From positions 1 through 46,660 of the IMG/VR virus record IMGVR_UViG_3300047555_000001: a stretch of 46,660 bases of DNA; one strand, written 5' to 3'. A model generated the notes under the pieces. The model was not told the DNA's origin, ran no database searches, and saw nothing but the letters and a program-made list of their open reading frames with translations. Shown one piece after another: positions 46,297 through 46,660 of this stretch. How positions within the stretch are numbered: position 1 is the first letter of the stretch; each line of letters begins with the position of its first letter. The translations under genes were made by a program, and so were the position numbers. Origin of the DNA: a virus. Lineage: Duplodnaviria; Caudoviricetes.

Positions 46297-46660
46297 TTAA
46301 ATGTCTAACATCTCTTTCAGTTTAGCAATTTGAGCCTTTCGAGCAGCAGCATAAGCAGCATAAGCAGCATAAGCATCAGCAGCATCAGCAGCATCAGCAG
46401 CATCAGCAGCATAAGCAGCATAAGCAGCAGCAGCAGCATCAGCAGCATAAGCAGCAGCAGCATCAGCATCATAAGCAGCATCAGCAGCATCAGCAGCAGC
46501 AGCACAAGCAGCATAAGCAGCATAAGCACCAGCAGCAGCACGTCTGGCAGCGATTAATTCATCTTTCGTAGCTTTACCGTCTAAATACTGTTCGACTACA
46601 TCAAGCGCCTTCTTACTGTCTTCGGTTTCCACTTGGCGAGCACACCAGAGAGCGAAACGT
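46297..46660 (-). CDS. 3' part of triplicated Ala-rich protein, copy A
   Basis: RFALWCARQVETEDSKKALD...A/Y/D tract...KLKEMLDI. Confidence 0.85.
   Translation of the reverse strand, partial: RFALWCARQVETEDSKKALDVVEQYLDGKATKDELIAARRAAAGAYAAYAACAAAADAADAAYDADAAAAYAADAAAAAYAAYAADAADAADAADAYAAYAAYAAARKAQIAKLKEMLDI

Noticed and set aside
1-46660. Prophage or integration module
   Set aside because: No integrase, att-adjacent host genes or CI/Cro pair recognised

Overview
The window is a near-complete, circularly permuted genome (~46.67 kb) of a small contractile-tailed dsDNA phage. No integrase is visible, so it is probably virulent. Gene content resembles the phiPLPE/JD001-type dwarf myoviruses of Gammaproteobacteria (inference). 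It encodes a family-B DNA polymerase, SSB, Cas4-like nuclease, SF2 helicase, VRR-NUC nuclease, primase-helicase, terminase, portal, head, tail and baseplate proteins, a split lysis module and two free-standing endonucleases. Structural operons are interrupted by islands of small early genes. The main non-standard signals are: (i) 12 copies of a TTGAC-N6-GTCAA palindrome whose arm is the -35 box of sigma70-type promoters, one of them in front of a TetR-like gene; (ii) a candidate ~107-nt sRNA whose unpaired segment is complementary to the ribosome-binding leaders of the polymerase, primase, SSB and other early genes; (iii) three copies of a promoter+gene cassette with a near-identical 5' part and a hypervariable Ala-rich tract; (iv) two 264/304-bp noncoding direct repeats half a genome apart; (v) an orphan four-gene cassette led by a Gly-rich/coiled-coil CCC protein. 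All family names are from recognition of motifs, not database searches.
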